DNA of 64,000 nucleotides from an uncultured Spirochaetota bacterium (GTDB lineage Bacteria > Spirochaetota > Spirochaetia > SZUA-6 > Fen-1364), in assembly GCA_963781885.1 (NCBI GenBank), contig CAWAHW010000006.1:320001-384000 (forward strand), given 5' to 3'. Under the pieces are notes generated by a model that made no database searches, had not been told where the DNA came from, and worked only from the letters and a program-made list of their open reading frames with translations. Shown piece by piece: positions 1-10,352 of the stretch; the first letter of the stretch is position 1, and the number at the start of each line of letters is the position of its first letter. Position numbers and translations under genes: made by a program.

Positions 1-342
1 GATGCCGGCGATCTCGGGATGCGCGTCGGAGATGGCACGCATGAGCTGCAGCGACGCCTCCCGGGAGCGCGCGGTGAACGGCTGTGCCGTTCCGTGGAAG
101 GCGAGGAACGCCTGCACGTCGGGGTTCTCCGCGATGATGGAAATCATGCCTTCGGTCTCGCGGACGTAGAACTCGATATTCCGCGTCACCTGGCGGATGA
201 GCTGCACCGTGTGGCCCTTGGCCTCGTTTTCCAGGGTGCGCGCGGAGATGAAGGGCCCCAGGACCCCCAGGGTGAGGAGCGGAAGCATGATCACCGAAAC
301 GAAGGAGAAGAGCAGTTTCGACCGAATGCTTCTGAGTCTCAG
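1..342 (-). CDS. N-terminal part of a membrane sensor histidine kinase (YesM-like, TM + Cache domain), truncated by the window edge
   Basis: Not in the ORF track. Manual translation gives LRLRSIRSKLLFSFVSVIMLPLLTLGVLGPFISARTLENEAKGHTVQLIRQVTRNIEFYVRETEGMISIIAENPDVQAFL, a typical YesM-type N-terminus. There is an in-frame stop at 370-372. The likely start is CTG at 342, 7 nt after GGAGG. Confidence 0.7.
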   Translation of the reverse strand, partial: MRLRSIRSKLLFSFVSVIMLPLLTLGVLGPFISARTLENEAKGHTVQLIRQVTRNIEFYVRETEGMISIIAENPDVQAFLAFHGTAQPFTARSREASLQLMRAISDAHPEIAGI

Positions 343-400
343 AGACCGGCCTCCAAAGCGACCCCCATCCTACGGTCAGACGTGCCTTTGTGCAAGCGGT

Positions 401-1276
401 TTATCGCTCTTGCGGATCGCCCGTGAGCTCGGCGATGAGGAGTGAGTAGGCCGCATTCACGTCTTTGCACAGCTCCAGGCCTCCCGGGTCCACGTCGGGA
501 TGGTGGCGCATCATGAGCTGCCGGTAGCGGCCGCGGACCTCTTCCGCGGTGAAGAGCCTCCCGCCGATGCCCATGACCCTGCGAGCCCACGCGCGGCGCA
601 TGGGCTCGCGACCCGCCGCCATGCGGGCCGCTTCCTCGTGCGAGCGATCGTCCGGGTCGAAGTATCCCATCTGGCCCGCGGCGATGCGCAACCTCTCCAC
701 GAGGCTCACGAGCAGGCCCCACCGGTCGATGATGTGACGGGCGAACATCGTTTCGAGATAGCGCGCTGCCGTGCCCCGCGCGACGGGAGGCATGCCGCGC
801 AGCACGCGGAAGGATTCCGCGCAGCCATCGATCAGCCCGTCCAGGGCGACGTTGTTTTCCAGGTAGATGTCGATGGCTCCCCGCACCCGCCCGGTATGCC
901 GTAGCATCGCCTCCAGCTCCTCCACGTTGACCAGGTGGGCGGCGCAGAAGCGCCGGGCATGGAACAGGAGCTCTTCGGCAAGCTCGATGCCCAGCGGGGC
1001 AGGGATGAAAAGACCGGCGCTAATCATCGCCGTCTCCGCGCCGGCCCCGACGAGCTGCTCCAGGACCGTGACGAGGTCACCGACTGTCTCGTCCGTCCAG
1101 CCGTCGATGGCGTCCGCGAAGCCGATCCTGTCCCTCAGCACGGCGATCGCCCGCCAGAACGCCACGGGATCCACCCCGAGCAGGGCCGCCGCATCGTCGG
1201 AGGAGATCTCCCAGCGGCCGTCGTCCTCGGCCAGCCGGCTGAGCGTCTCCAGCAGGGGTGCGAGCTTTTCCATCAT
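401..1276 (-). CDS. Protein with a C-terminal J-domain (DnaJ-like co-chaperone)
   Basis: C-terminus EEVRGRYRQLMMRHHPDVDPGG...VNAAYSLL contains the HPD motif. The N-terminal ~210 aa are unrecognised. The gene starts 12 nt after the rarA stop. Confidence 0.75.
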   Translation of the reverse strand: MMEKLAPLLETLSRLAEDDGRWEISSDDAAALLGVDPVAFWRAIAVLRDRIGFADAIDGWTDETVGDLVTVLEQLVGAGAETAMISAGLFIPAPLGIELAEELLFHARRFCAAHLVNVEELEAMLRHTGRVRGAIDIYLENNVALDGLIDGCAESFRVLRGMPPVARGTAARYLETMFARHIIDRWGLLVSLVERLRIAAGQMGYFDPDDRSHEEAARMAAGREPMRRAWARRVMGIGGRLFTAEEVRGRYRQLMMRHHPDVDPGGLELCKDVNAAYSLLIAELTGDPQER

Positions 1277-1288
1277 TGCGCCCGTCCG

Positions 1289-3538
1289 TCAGCGTACGGC
1301 TGTCGCGAAAGCCACGGTGCTCACCCAGTCGATGTCGCGGCCGACAAGCTGCGCGCGCAGAAGATTCTGCAAAAGGGGAAGTTCGTCCGGGGAGAACGCC
1401 GAAGCGAGCGCCCTGCCATATGACGAGCCGGGGGAACACCAGGCATCGATCTCACGATTCGTCATGCGCCGCGTGTCGGTGAAGCTCTGCGTCTGCATCG
1501 ACACAGAATTATACCCCGCTTCCGCGAGCGCCGCGGCAAGCTCTTCCGGCCCCCAGGCGACGAGCGGATTCTTTGCGTCGGAATATGCCCTTTCTTCCGT
1601 TTTCGCAAGCTTCTCCACGAGCGCGCCCGGCTCCAGGAGGGATGAAAGACGCTGCGCGAGTCGGGGAACGATCTCCGCGAAGGAAACCATGCCGCCCGGA
1701 GCCGAAAGCGCCGCGAAGAGAGAAGCCGTGACGGCGCGCTCCTGCGCGTTCATGCGCGTGAAGATGTTGCGGCCGACGATCAGCTCGAATCGCATGCCCG
1801 GCTCGATGCCCAGGAGGGAGAGTGCGGCATCGGCGTCCGTCCCGCGCCCCGCGCCCCGCGAGGCATCGCCGGCAAGGGCCGGGAGCGGCCTTTCAAGCCG
1901 GATCATGTGCGGGCGCATCGTCTGCTCCAGCTCAGTCATGCGATGCTCAAGGACCGCGGCCTCCTCCTCCGTGCCGACGATGCCCCATACCCCGCCTTCG
2001 GGGGCCCGGCGGAGGGCCTCCCAAAGAAGGAGCCCCGCGCGGGCATCGACGTCGAGGATGCGTGCGTGGCGCGGCACCGACACGGAAAAGATGCGGTCGC
2101 GTATCTCCCGGAGCATCGCACTGCGGACGGCCGATACGCGTTCCAGCCATCGGGTGCCGCTCGTTTCGGCAGCAGAGAACGTGAGCACCTCGATGCTCGG
2201 CGGCTCCAGCGCCGTGGCGATCTGTATCTCGCGCCTTCGCAGCACCTCGTCGCGGATGGTCGCCTCATAGCCCACGCCTGAAGGGGCGTAAAAAACACGG
2301 CCCTGGAGGCCGGCCGGCAGGTACTGCTGGGCCACCCAGTGGTCGCGGAATGCGTGCGGGTACAGGTAGCCTTCCCCGTGGCCGAAACCTTCCGCATCGC
2401 GGCTTGCATCGCGGAGGTGATTGGGGACCTCTCCGTCGCGCTGTTCCGACTGGAGCAGGGAGAGCGCATCGAAGAAGCCGAGGGTCGAGTTCGATTTCGG
2501 CGCGGTGGCAAGATAGAGGGCGGCATGCGCGAGATGAAATCGACCCTCCGGCAATCCCACCCGGTCGAATGCCGCCGCGGCCGCTTCGACGAAGGGCAGC
2601 GCGTGCGGGTCGGCCATGCCGACGTCCTCACTGGCCAGGATGAGCATCCGGCGGAAGATGAAGTGCGGGTCCTCCCCCGCGAGCACCATGCGCCCCAGCC
2701 AGTAAAAGGCGGCGTCGGGGTCCGAGCCCCGGAGGCTCTTGATGAATGCGCTGATGGTGTCGAAGTGGTAGTCGCCCTCCTTGTCGTAGAGCACGACCTT
2801 GCGCTGGATGCTCTCCTCCGCGATCGCGCGCGTGATGACGATCTGCTCACCGGCCGGGGGAGGGAAGCGCGCGGGGGTGGTTTCCACGGCCAGCTCCAGC
2901 GCGTTCAGCAGGCTGCGCGCATCTCCGTTTGCAATTTTCACCAGGTGATCGAGCGCCTCTTGCTCCAGCCGGACCTCCCAGGCGCCGTATCCGCGCTCCA
3001 CGTCCGTGCAGGCAGCATGTGCCACGGCGCGCAGGTCGTCCTCCGTGAGCGGCTTGAGCTGGAAGATGCGGCTGCGGCTCACCAGAGCCCGATTGACCTC
3101 GAAGTAAGGATTCTCCGTCGTCGCGCCGACCAGGATGACCGTCCCGTTCTCCACCCAGGGCAGGAGCGCGTCCTGCTGCGCCTTGTTCCAACGGTGCACC
3201 TCGTCCACGAAGAGCGTCGTGCGCCGTCCATAGAGGTCGCGGTTGTTCTTTGCCACCTCGATGGATTCCCGCAGCTCCTTCACGCCGGAGAGCACCGCGT
3301 TCATGGTGATGAAATGGCTCTTCGTGGAGTTGGCGATGACCTGCGCGAGCGTTGTCTTTCCCGTGCCCGGCGGACCGTAGAAGATGAGGGAGGAAACCTG
3401 GTCGGCCTGGATGACGCGGCGCAGGAGCCTGCCGGCACCCACGATGTGCTCCTGGCCCATGAACTCGTCCAGGGACCGCGGCCTCATGCGATAGGCAAGC
3501 GGCTCGTGCGGGTCGCGCGCTGATGAGAAGAGATCCAT
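1289..3538 (-). CDS. rarA: Replication-associated recombination AAA+ ATPase RarA/MgsA with an extra C-terminal methyltransferase-like domain
   Basis: PLAYRMRPRSLDEFMGQEH, Walker A GPPGTGKTT, Walker B FVDEVHR, GATTENPYFE, ISAFIKSLRGSDPDAA, SEDVGMADP, GYLYPH...QQYLP. Start taken at MDLFS (3538), not the track's 3727. Confidence 0.9.
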   Translation of the reverse strand: MDLFSSARDPHEPLAYRMRPRSLDEFMGQEHIVGAGRLLRRVIQADQVSSLIFYGPPGTGKTTLAQVIANSTKSHFITMNAVLSGVKELRESIEVAKNNRDLYGRRTTLFVDEVHRWNKAQQDALLPWVENGTVILVGATTENPYFEVNRALVSRSRIFQLKPLTEDDLRAVAHAACTDVERGYGAWEVRLEQEALDHLVKIANGDARSLLNALELAVETTPARFPPPAGEQIVITRAIAEESIQRKVVLYDKEGDYHFDTISAFIKSLRGSDPDAAFYWLGRMVLAGEDPHFIFRRMLILASEDVGMADPHALPFVEAAAAAFDRVGLPEGRFHLAHAALYLATAPKSNSTLGFFDALSLLQSEQRDGEVPNHLRDASRDAEGFGHGEGYLYPHAFRDHWVAQQYLPAGLQGRVFYAPSGVGYEATIRDEVLRRREIQIATALEPPSIEVLTFSAAETSGTRWLERVSAVRSAMLREIRDRIFSVSVPRHARILDVDARAGLLLWEALRRAPEGGVWGIVGTEEEAAVLEHRMTELEQTMRPHMIRLERPLPALAGDASRGAGRGTDADAALSLLGIEPGMRFELIVGRNIFTRMNAQERAVTASLFAALSAPGGMVSFAEIVPRLAQRLSSLLEPGALVEKLAKTEERAYSDAKNPLVAWGPEELAAALAEAGYNSVSMQTQSFTDTRRMTNREIDAWCSPGSSYGRALASAFSPDELPLLQNLLRAQLVGRDIDWVSTVAFATAVR

Positions 3539-3642
3539 CGCCGGGAGTATAGAAGGAGCCTGCCGCGCGCGCATAGACGGTACGCACGCTACCCGATCTC
3601 CCCGTGCCTCATTATCTTCTTTTCGACGGGGAGGACGAGCGA

Positions 3643-4977
3643 ATGAGCGGGCCCGAGCTTCCATTGAAAGGGAACCTGGAAAGATTCCCCGACCTGCACC
3701 CCCCGTTGGACCGCCGTGCGGCGACAACGGAGGCCAACCGGTGCCTGAACTGCTTCGACGCGCCGTGCACGGACGACTGTCCGACGCACATCGACGTGCC
3801 GGGATTCATCAAGAGGATCGCCACCGGCAATGTGCGCGGCTCCGCGCGCACCATCCTTGACGCGAACGTGCTGGGCATGAGCTGCGCCCGCGCCTGCCCC
3901 GTGGAGGTGCTCTGCGAAGGGGCCTGCGTCATGCACCGCTACAACGAGAAGCCCATCGAGATCGGGCGGCTGCAGCGCTTCTCCATGGAGGAGCTCTACC
4001 GGCGCGCCGACGGGGGGCAGACGATACCGCTCGCGGCGCCCCTTGTCCGCAGGGAGAAGGTTGCGTGCATCGGCGGCGGGCCGGCATCCCTTGCCTGCGC
4101 CGCGGAGCTGCGTCGGCGCGGCATCCCCGTCACGGTTTTCGACAACCGACCGCAGCCGGGGGGTCTTGCCACCTACGGCGTGGCGGAATACAAGCTGCGC
4201 CCCGCGGACAGCCTCAAGGAAGTGGAGCGCATCCGTGGTCTCGGGGTGGAGTTCACGCGGGCAGAGGTCGGCACCGGCACGCCGCTTGCGGATTTGGAGA
4301 AAGAGCATGCCGTTGTCTTCCTCGGCATGGGATTGGGAGCGATGCTTCGCCTGGGCATACCGGGTGAAGACGCGCAGGGAGTGATCGATGCGCTGCATTT
4401 CATCGAGCGCTACAAGACCGATCCTCATTTCCGGGTCGGCAGGCGCGTGGCGGTGATCGGCGGCGGTAATACCGCTATTGATGCCGCCAATGCGGCGCGC
4501 CGCCTGGGCGCGGAAGACGTGCGCATCTTCTACCGGCGCACCGAGGCCGAGATGCCGGCCTTTCCCTTCGAGCTCGCCCATGCAAAGACCGAGGGCGTCA
4601 TCTTCGAATGGCTCGCGCAGCCCGTCGCAATTCTATCGGAGGAAGGCCGCGTGAGCGGCGTGAAGCTCGTGAAGACGAAGCTGCGGGCCGGCTCCGCCGC
4701 CCCCGCGCCGGTGCCCGGATCCGAGTACGTCTTCACCTGCGACATGGTGATCCCCGCGCTGGGCCAGACGCGCCTGGTGGAGGCGCTGGAAAAGACGCGC
4801 GGCGTGCGCGTGGAGAACGGATCGATCCTGATAGACCGCGCCACCGGCATGACGTCGAACCCGAAGTTCTACGCGGGCGGCGACTGCGTGAACGGCGGCC
4901 GCGAGGTTGTGGATGCCGTGGCGGACGGAAAGCGCGCGGCGCTGGCGATCGCCGGTCTCCTAGCGCAGCGGAAATGA
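3643..4977 (+). CDS. preT: NAD-dependent dihydropyrimidine dehydrogenase subunit PreT
   Basis: RCLNCFDAPCTDDCPTHIDVP Fe-S motif, CARACPVEVLCEGAC, GGGPA and GGGNTAID; directly upstream of preA. GGAGG precedes ATG 3643. Confidence 0.9.
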   Translation: MSGPELPLKGNLERFPDLHPPLDRRAATTEANRCLNCFDAPCTDDCPTHIDVPGFIKRIATGNVRGSARTILDANVLGMSCARACPVEVLCEGACVMHRYNEKPIEIGRLQRFSMEELYRRADGGQTIPLAAPLVRREKVACIGGGPASLACAAELRRRGIPVTVFDNRPQPGGLATYGVAEYKLRPADSLKEVERIRGLGVEFTRAEVGTGTPLADLEKEHAVVFLGMGLGAMLRLGIPGEDAQGVIDALHFIERYKTDPHFRVGRRVAVIGGGNTAIDAANAARRLGAEDVRIFYRRTEAEMPAFPFELAHAKTEGVIFEWLAQPVAILSEEGRVSGVKLVKTKLRAGSAAPAPVPGSEYVFTCDMVIPALGQTRLVEALEKTRGVRVENGSILIDRATGMTSNPKFYAGGDCVNGGREVVDAVADGKRAALAIAGLLAQRK

Positions 4978-4986
4978 GGCACCATC

Positions 4987-6360
4987 ATGGCTGACCTTTC
5001 AACGCGTTTCATGGGCATTCATACCCCGAACCCGTTCTGGCTCGCCTCCGCGCCGCCCACGAACACCGGGGAACAGATCATGCGCGCCTTCGACGCCGGC
5101 TGGGGCGGCGCGGTATGGAAGACGATCGGTGAGGCTGTCGTGAACACGGCGTCGCGCTATTCCTCCGTGGACTGGAACGGCCAGCGCATGATGGGCCTGA
5201 ACAATATCGAGCTGATTTCCGATCGGCCGGTTGAGGACAACCTGCGCGAGATGGCGGAAGTGAAGAAGCGCTACCCCCGGCACACAGTGATCGCCTCCCT
5301 GATGGTGGAGTCGAAGCGCGAGGTCTGGCACGATATCGTGCACCGCGCGGAGGACGCCGGCGCCGACGGCCTGGAGCTGAACTTCGGCTGCCCGCACGGC
5401 ATGAGCGAACGGGGCATGGGCGCCGCCGTGGGCCAGGTGCCCGAGTATTCGTGCATGATCACGGAATGGGCCAAGGAGGCGGCGCGCACGCCGGTCATGG
5501 TGAAGCTCACCCCGAATGTCACGGACATCCGCGCCGTCGCGCGCGCCGCCCGTCGGGGCCACGCCGACGCCCTCTCCGCCATCAATACGATCAACTCCAT
5601 CACCGGTATCGACCTGGACACGCTCACACCGCGCCCCGACGTGGGCGGCTCCTCCGCGCACGGCGGCTACTGCGGCCCCGCGGTGAAGCCAATTGCCCTG
5701 CATCTGGTGCAGCAGATCGCCTCCGACCCCGAGGTGGGGCTCCCCGTCTCCGGCATTGGCGGCATCCAAAGTTGGCGCGACGCGGCGGAGTTCATCCTGC
5801 TGGGCTGCGGCACCGTGCAGGTCTGCACCGCCGTCATGCATTATGGCTACCGGATCGTGGAGGACATGATCGACGGTCTTTCCAACTGGATGGACGACAA
5901 GGGCTACAAAACCCTGGACGATTTCCGCGGCCTGTCGCTGCCGAAGATGACCGAATGGAAGCACCTGGACCTGAACTACAAGATCGTCGCGCGCATCGAC
6001 GCGTCCCTCTGCATCGGCTGCGACCTGTGCTACGTCGCCTGCTGGGACGGCGCCCACCAGTGCATCCACCACGATGGGTCACGGGAGACACCGGCCGCCC
6101 TGCAGGCGAAGAGCCGGCAGCGCATCGCGGTCACCCCGATCGCGAAGCTGGACCTGCTGCCGCGTGACGCCCCCCGCACGCCCGCGTCGCTGCGGGTGCC
6201 GCACGTGGATGAAGAGGAATGCGTCGGCTGCAATCTCTGCTCCCTGGTCTGTCCCGTGGAAAGCTGCATCACGATGGTGCAGGTGGAGACGGGAAAGCCG
6301 CAGGAGAGCTGGGAGCAGAGGACATCGGGCAAGGTCTACACGAAGCCCGGACAGGAGTAG
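4987..6360 (+). CDS. preA: NAD-dependent dihydropyrimidine dehydrogenase subunit PreA
   Basis: NPFWLASAPPT, GLNNIELISDR, ELNFGCPHGMSERGMG, KLTPNVTDI, C-terminal 4Fe-4S motifs CIGCDLC and CVGCNLC...CP. Confidence 0.93.
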   Translation: MADLSTRFMGIHTPNPFWLASAPPTNTGEQIMRAFDAGWGGAVWKTIGEAVVNTASRYSSVDWNGQRMMGLNNIELISDRPVEDNLREMAEVKKRYPRHTVIASLMVESKREVWHDIVHRAEDAGADGLELNFGCPHGMSERGMGAAVGQVPEYSCMITEWAKEAARTPVMVKLTPNVTDIRAVARAARRGHADALSAINTINSITGIDLDTLTPRPDVGGSSAHGGYCGPAVKPIALHLVQQIASDPEVGLPVSGIGGIQSWRDAAEFILLGCGTVQVCTAVMHYGYRIVEDMIDGLSNWMDDKGYKTLDDFRGLSLPKMTEWKHLDLNYKIVARIDASLCIGCDLCYVACWDGAHQCIHHDGSRETPAALQAKSRQRIAVTPIAKLDLLPRDAPRTPASLRVPHVDEEECVGCNLCSLVCPVESCITMVQVETGKPQESWEQRTSGKVYTKPGQE

Positions 6361-6363
6361 AGC

Positions 6364-7758
6364 ATGGCAAGTGTCCTGGTACGAAATGGAACCGTGGTCA
6401 CGGCCGCGGAAACGAAACCCGCGGACGTCCTCATCGACGGGGAGCGCATCAAGGAGGTGAGGCCCGGCATCCCCGTGTCTGCCGCGCAGAAGGTGATCGA
6501 CGCGGCGGGAACGTACGTCATCCCCGGCGGCATCGACGCGCATACGCACCTGGACATGCCCTTTGGCGGCACAACGTCGTCGGACGACTTCGAAACCGGC
6601 ACGCGCGCGGCCGCCTTCGGCGGCACCACCACGATCGTGGACTTCGCCATCCAGGCGCGCGGAACGCGGATGCGCGATGCGCTGGACACGTGGTGGAAGA
6701 AGGCGGAGGGTCGCGCGTCGATCGATTATGGCCTGCACATGATCATCACGGACCTGGGAAGCTCGGGTCTGTCCGATATGGACGACATGGTGCGGGAAGG
6801 CGTGGCGAGCTTCAAGCTCTTCATGGCGTACCCCAACTCCCTCATGGTGGACGACACGACGATATTCAAGGCACTCTCCCAGACCGCGAAGAATGGCGCG
6901 TTGGTCTGCATGCACGCGGAGAATGGAAGCGTGATCGACGTGATCGTCGCCCGCGCGTTGGCGGAGGGAAAGACCGCGCCGGTCTACCACGCCCTCACGC
7001 GCCCGCCGCTTGCGGAAGCGGAGGCCGTGCACCGGGCCATCGCCATGGCGGAGATCGCGGGCGTGCCCGTCTACATCGTGCATCTCTCCTCAGAGGACGC
7101 GCTCAACCAGGTGCGGGAAGCGCGTGACCGGGGCGTGCCGGCTTTTGCCGAAACCTGCCCCCAGTATCTCCTGCTCTCCGTTGACGAGCTTTCGCGGCCC
7201 GGCTTTGAAGGCGCCAAGTACGTCTTCACCCCTCCGCTGCGTCCGAAGGAGCACCAACCCAAGCTCTGGGAGGGTCTGCAGAGGGACCACTTGCAGGTTG
7301 TCTCGACCGATCACTGCCCGTTCTGCTTCAAGGATCAGAAAATTCTGGGCAAGGACGACTTCACGAAAATTCCCAATGGCGGGCCGGGCATCGAGAACAG
7401 GCTGCAGCTCATCCACCACCACGGCGTGAACCAGGGCAAGCTTTCCCTGAACCGTTTCGTGGAGCTCACCTCCACGACGCCTGCCCGGATATTCGGCATG
7501 TACCCGAAGAAGGGGGAAATCGCGCCCGGCTCTGATGCCGACATCGTGATCTGGGACCCGAAGGCGGCCTACACGATCAGCGCTTCCACGCATCACATGA
7601 AGGTGGACTACTCGATGTTCGAGGGTTTCAAGGTACAGGGCAATGCGCGCATGGTCCTCTCCCGCGGAGAGGTGATCGTGGACGGGGAGAAGTTCCTGGC
7701 AAAGCCGGGGCGCGGCAGATACCTGAAACGCGCCGCGCGCGGGGGGGCGTGGAAGTAA
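6364..7758 (+). CDS. hydA: Dihydropyrimidinase (D-hydantoinase)
   Basis: PGGIDAHTHL, GGTTTIVDF, SFKLFMAY, HAENG, STDHCPF, KIPNGGPGIENR. Confidence 0.93.
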   Translation: MASVLVRNGTVVTAAETKPADVLIDGERIKEVRPGIPVSAAQKVIDAAGTYVIPGGIDAHTHLDMPFGGTTSSDDFETGTRAAAFGGTTTIVDFAIQARGTRMRDALDTWWKKAEGRASIDYGLHMIITDLGSSGLSDMDDMVREGVASFKLFMAYPNSLMVDDTTIFKALSQTAKNGALVCMHAENGSVIDVIVARALAEGKTAPVYHALTRPPLAEAEAVHRAIAMAEIAGVPVYIVHLSSEDALNQVREARDRGVPAFAETCPQYLLLSVDELSRPGFEGAKYVFTPPLRPKEHQPKLWEGLQRDHLQVVSTDHCPFCFKDQKILGKDDFTKIPNGGPGIENRLQLIHHHGVNQGKLSLNRFVELTSTTPARIFGMYPKKGEIAPGSDADIVIWDPKAAYTISASTHHMKVDYSMFEGFKVQGNARMVLSRGEVIVDGEKFLAKPGRGRYLKRAARGGAWK

Positions 7759-7786
7759 GGCCCTTCTCTCCGTATACTCACGCATC

Positions 7787-8659
7787 GTGGTGACAACCCG
7801 TGTGATGCGCGACGACGATATCGCCGCGGTGGACCGCCTCCTCATGACGGCGTATGACAACCCCCTGAGCTTCCAGCCGCGCCTTGCGCGCCTGCGCTGT
7901 CTCCAGCCCGATGGCTGGCTCGCGGTCGCGGAGGATGATGGCAGCGTCCTGGGCACGGGCGGCGTCACCGTGATGGGAAGGACCGGCTACATCGGGCTGG
8001 TGGCCGTGGATCCACCCGCACAGAGACGCGGCATCGCCACCGCCCTGATGAAAGGGCTCATGGAAATCGCCTCGGGGCGCGCCTGCACAACCGTGCTGCT
8101 GGATGCCTCCGACGCCGGGAAGCCGGTCTACGAGAGACTGGGTTTCGTGACGGATGATCTTGTCGGTATCTGGAAACGGGACAAGGATGCCGCGCTCCCC
8201 GCGTGGCCGCCCGTCACCTCCGACATTTCGATTTCCACCGGTTATGGTGTGCCCGCGCTCCCGGTGGAGCTCCTGGCCTTCGATGCCGGCATATGGGGAG
8301 ACGATAGGGCAAATGTGCTGGCCTCGTTCGCCGGGGACAACCCTTCACGCGTCGCCCTGGCCCGCGGCCCGGAGGGCAAGCTTCGCGGCTGTGCCATCAT
8401 GCAGAGCAGCGGGGGAATACTCGGGCCATGGGTGGCCAGCGATCCCGACGCGGCGCGCGCACTCCTGTCCTGGGCCCTCGGGCTTGCCGATGTGCGCCCC
8501 GAGGTAGCCTATCTTCCGTCGGGCAACACGGATGGCGCCGACATTCTATCCGCGGCAGGCTTTGCCCGCATGCGCCAGCTCGCGCACATGAGGCGCGGCG
8601 CCCAACTGCCCGGCTCCCGACTCCACATCTATTCGCAGGCTAATCTCGCGCTGGGGTGA
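7787..8659 (+). CDS. GNAT family N-acetyltransferase (two-domain, YitH-like)
   Basis: Acetyl-CoA motif VAVDPPAQRRGIA and LDASDAGKPVYERLGF; C-terminal LGPWVA domain. Confidence 0.8.
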   Translation: MVTTRVMRDDDIAAVDRLLMTAYDNPLSFQPRLARLRCLQPDGWLAVAEDDGSVLGTGGVTVMGRTGYIGLVAVDPPAQRRGIATALMKGLMEIASGRACTTVLLDASDAGKPVYERLGFVTDDLVGIWKRDKDAALPAWPPVTSDISISTGYGVPALPVELLAFDAGIWGDDRANVLASFAGDNPSRVALARGPEGKLRGCAIMQSSGGILGPWVASDPDAARALLSWALGLADVRPEVAYLPSGNTDGADILSAAGFARMRQLAHMRRGAQLPGSRLHIYSQANLALG

Positions 8660-8665
8660 GGGCGT

Positions 8666-10352
8666 TTATTCCGCCGGGGACATGCGCACCACCCTGTCCA
8701 CCACTGAAAGGTCGCGCTCTCGGTGGCTGATGACGATGAGTGTCCGGTCCCGCAGCCTCTGTGCAACAGCCTTCATCAGCGCGTCCGCCGTTTCGTCGTC
8801 CAAACCCTCCGTGGGCTCGTCCAGCACGTAGATGGGCGCGTCCTTCAGCAGGGTGCGCGCAAGGGCCACGCGCCGCGCTTCCCCGCCGGAGAGCTCCCGC
8901 CCGGTCTCACCCACGGTCGTTTCCAGGCCTTCCGGCAGCCCGGCCACGAAATCGGCAAGCTGCGCGGTCTGGAGCGCATCGAGGAGCAGCGCGTCCTCTC
9001 CCTGTCGATCGTCCGGCAGGGCGAGTGCGAGGTTCTCCCGCAATGACGCGTGGAAAAGGTGGGGAGATTGCTCCATGACCGAGAAAAGACGCCGTGCATC
9101 ATCCCCGCGCAGCCTTGCAAGCTCCCAGGTGCTCCCTGCGTCGTCCAGCGCGGCGATGCTCCCCTTCTCGGGGCTCCAGAACCGCAGGAGCAGGCTCACG
9201 AGCGTGCTTTTGCCGATGCCCGTCGGCCCGGCGATGCCGATGCTTCCCCCGGTCGGGACATGCAGGGAAAAGCCGTCCAGGATCCAGCGCTGATCGGGGG
9301 CGTAGCGGAAACCAAGCCCACTGATGGAGAGGCCCAGCCGCGCGCCAGGCGCGGGGGGAGAGACGGGCTGTGCCGGCTCGGCTGCCCGGCGGCCGCGCGT
9401 CGATCAGATCGAAAAGACGTCGCGCGGCGGCAGCGATTTCTCCTGCGCGCTGGATGACGGCCGGCAGGGGCATGACGGCCTCGAATGTCGCCAGCACAAA
9501 GACCGTGAGCATCGCAAACTGCGGCCCTTCACGGGTGCCGGCGAGCACGAGCGGCGCGATGGCGAATGCGGCTGCCCAGACCGCGAGTGAGCTTGCGCCG
9601 ACGAGCCCGGCCTCGCCGATGCCTTGCAGGCTGGACAGCTTCGCCTGCGCGCGGTCGAGGCTTCCGCTGAGCCGCCCGAGCCGCGCCTCGCTTTCCTGCA
9701 CGGCGCCCAGCACGATGAGCTCCGCCATGCCCTGCGTCTGCTCCACGACCGACGCGCGAAGCTCGGCGGCGTATTCCACCCGTCTGCGGCCCGGTGCCGC
9801 CGCGCGCCAATGGAGGAGCAGGGGAAGGGCCACGCCGGCGATGGCGAGGCCCGCCAGGTCGATGCCGGCAAGACGCATGTCGAACGAGGCGAGGAAGGCG
9901 ACGATGCAGCAGGCGGCCAGGACGGCGACCACGGCCGGGACCACGCCGCGCACGTAGAAATCGTCCAGCGTATCCACGTCCGCGCGGATCCTGCTCAGGA
10001 GGTCGCCGCTGCGATGCGCGGAAAGCTGCGCGGGGGCAAGCGGCTCGATGCGCCTGAAAAACCAGACCCGCAGGGTCGAAAGGATGCGCAGCGTGGCGTC
10101 GTGGTTCACAAGTCGCTCGGCGTAGCGGCCGCTCGCGCGCGCAAGCGCGAGAGCCCTCACCGCGGCGGCCGGCAGCGTGTCGTCCATGAACGCGCCGAGT
10201 GAGCCCGCCACGGCCATCGAGGCAATGAACCAGCTCGACAGCGCCAGGAGCCCGAGATTGGCAAGCAAGGCAAAAAGGGAAAGGAGGATGCCGGCAAGGA
10301 CCAGGCGCCAGGAGGGAAGGAGCAGCTTCAGGAGGCGCGGCATGATCTTCAC
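8666..10352 (-). pseudogene. cydC: Thiol reductant ABC exporter subunit CydC, split by a +1 frameshift near 9386 (probably an assembly error)
   Basis: N-part has GLLALSSWFI, RYAERLVNHDATLR and GDLLSRIRADVDTLD. After removing one base near 9386 the frame continues ...FRYAPDQRWILDGFSL...GPTGIGKSTL...LSGGEARRVALAR...LDEPTEGLD. Confidence 0.85.
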
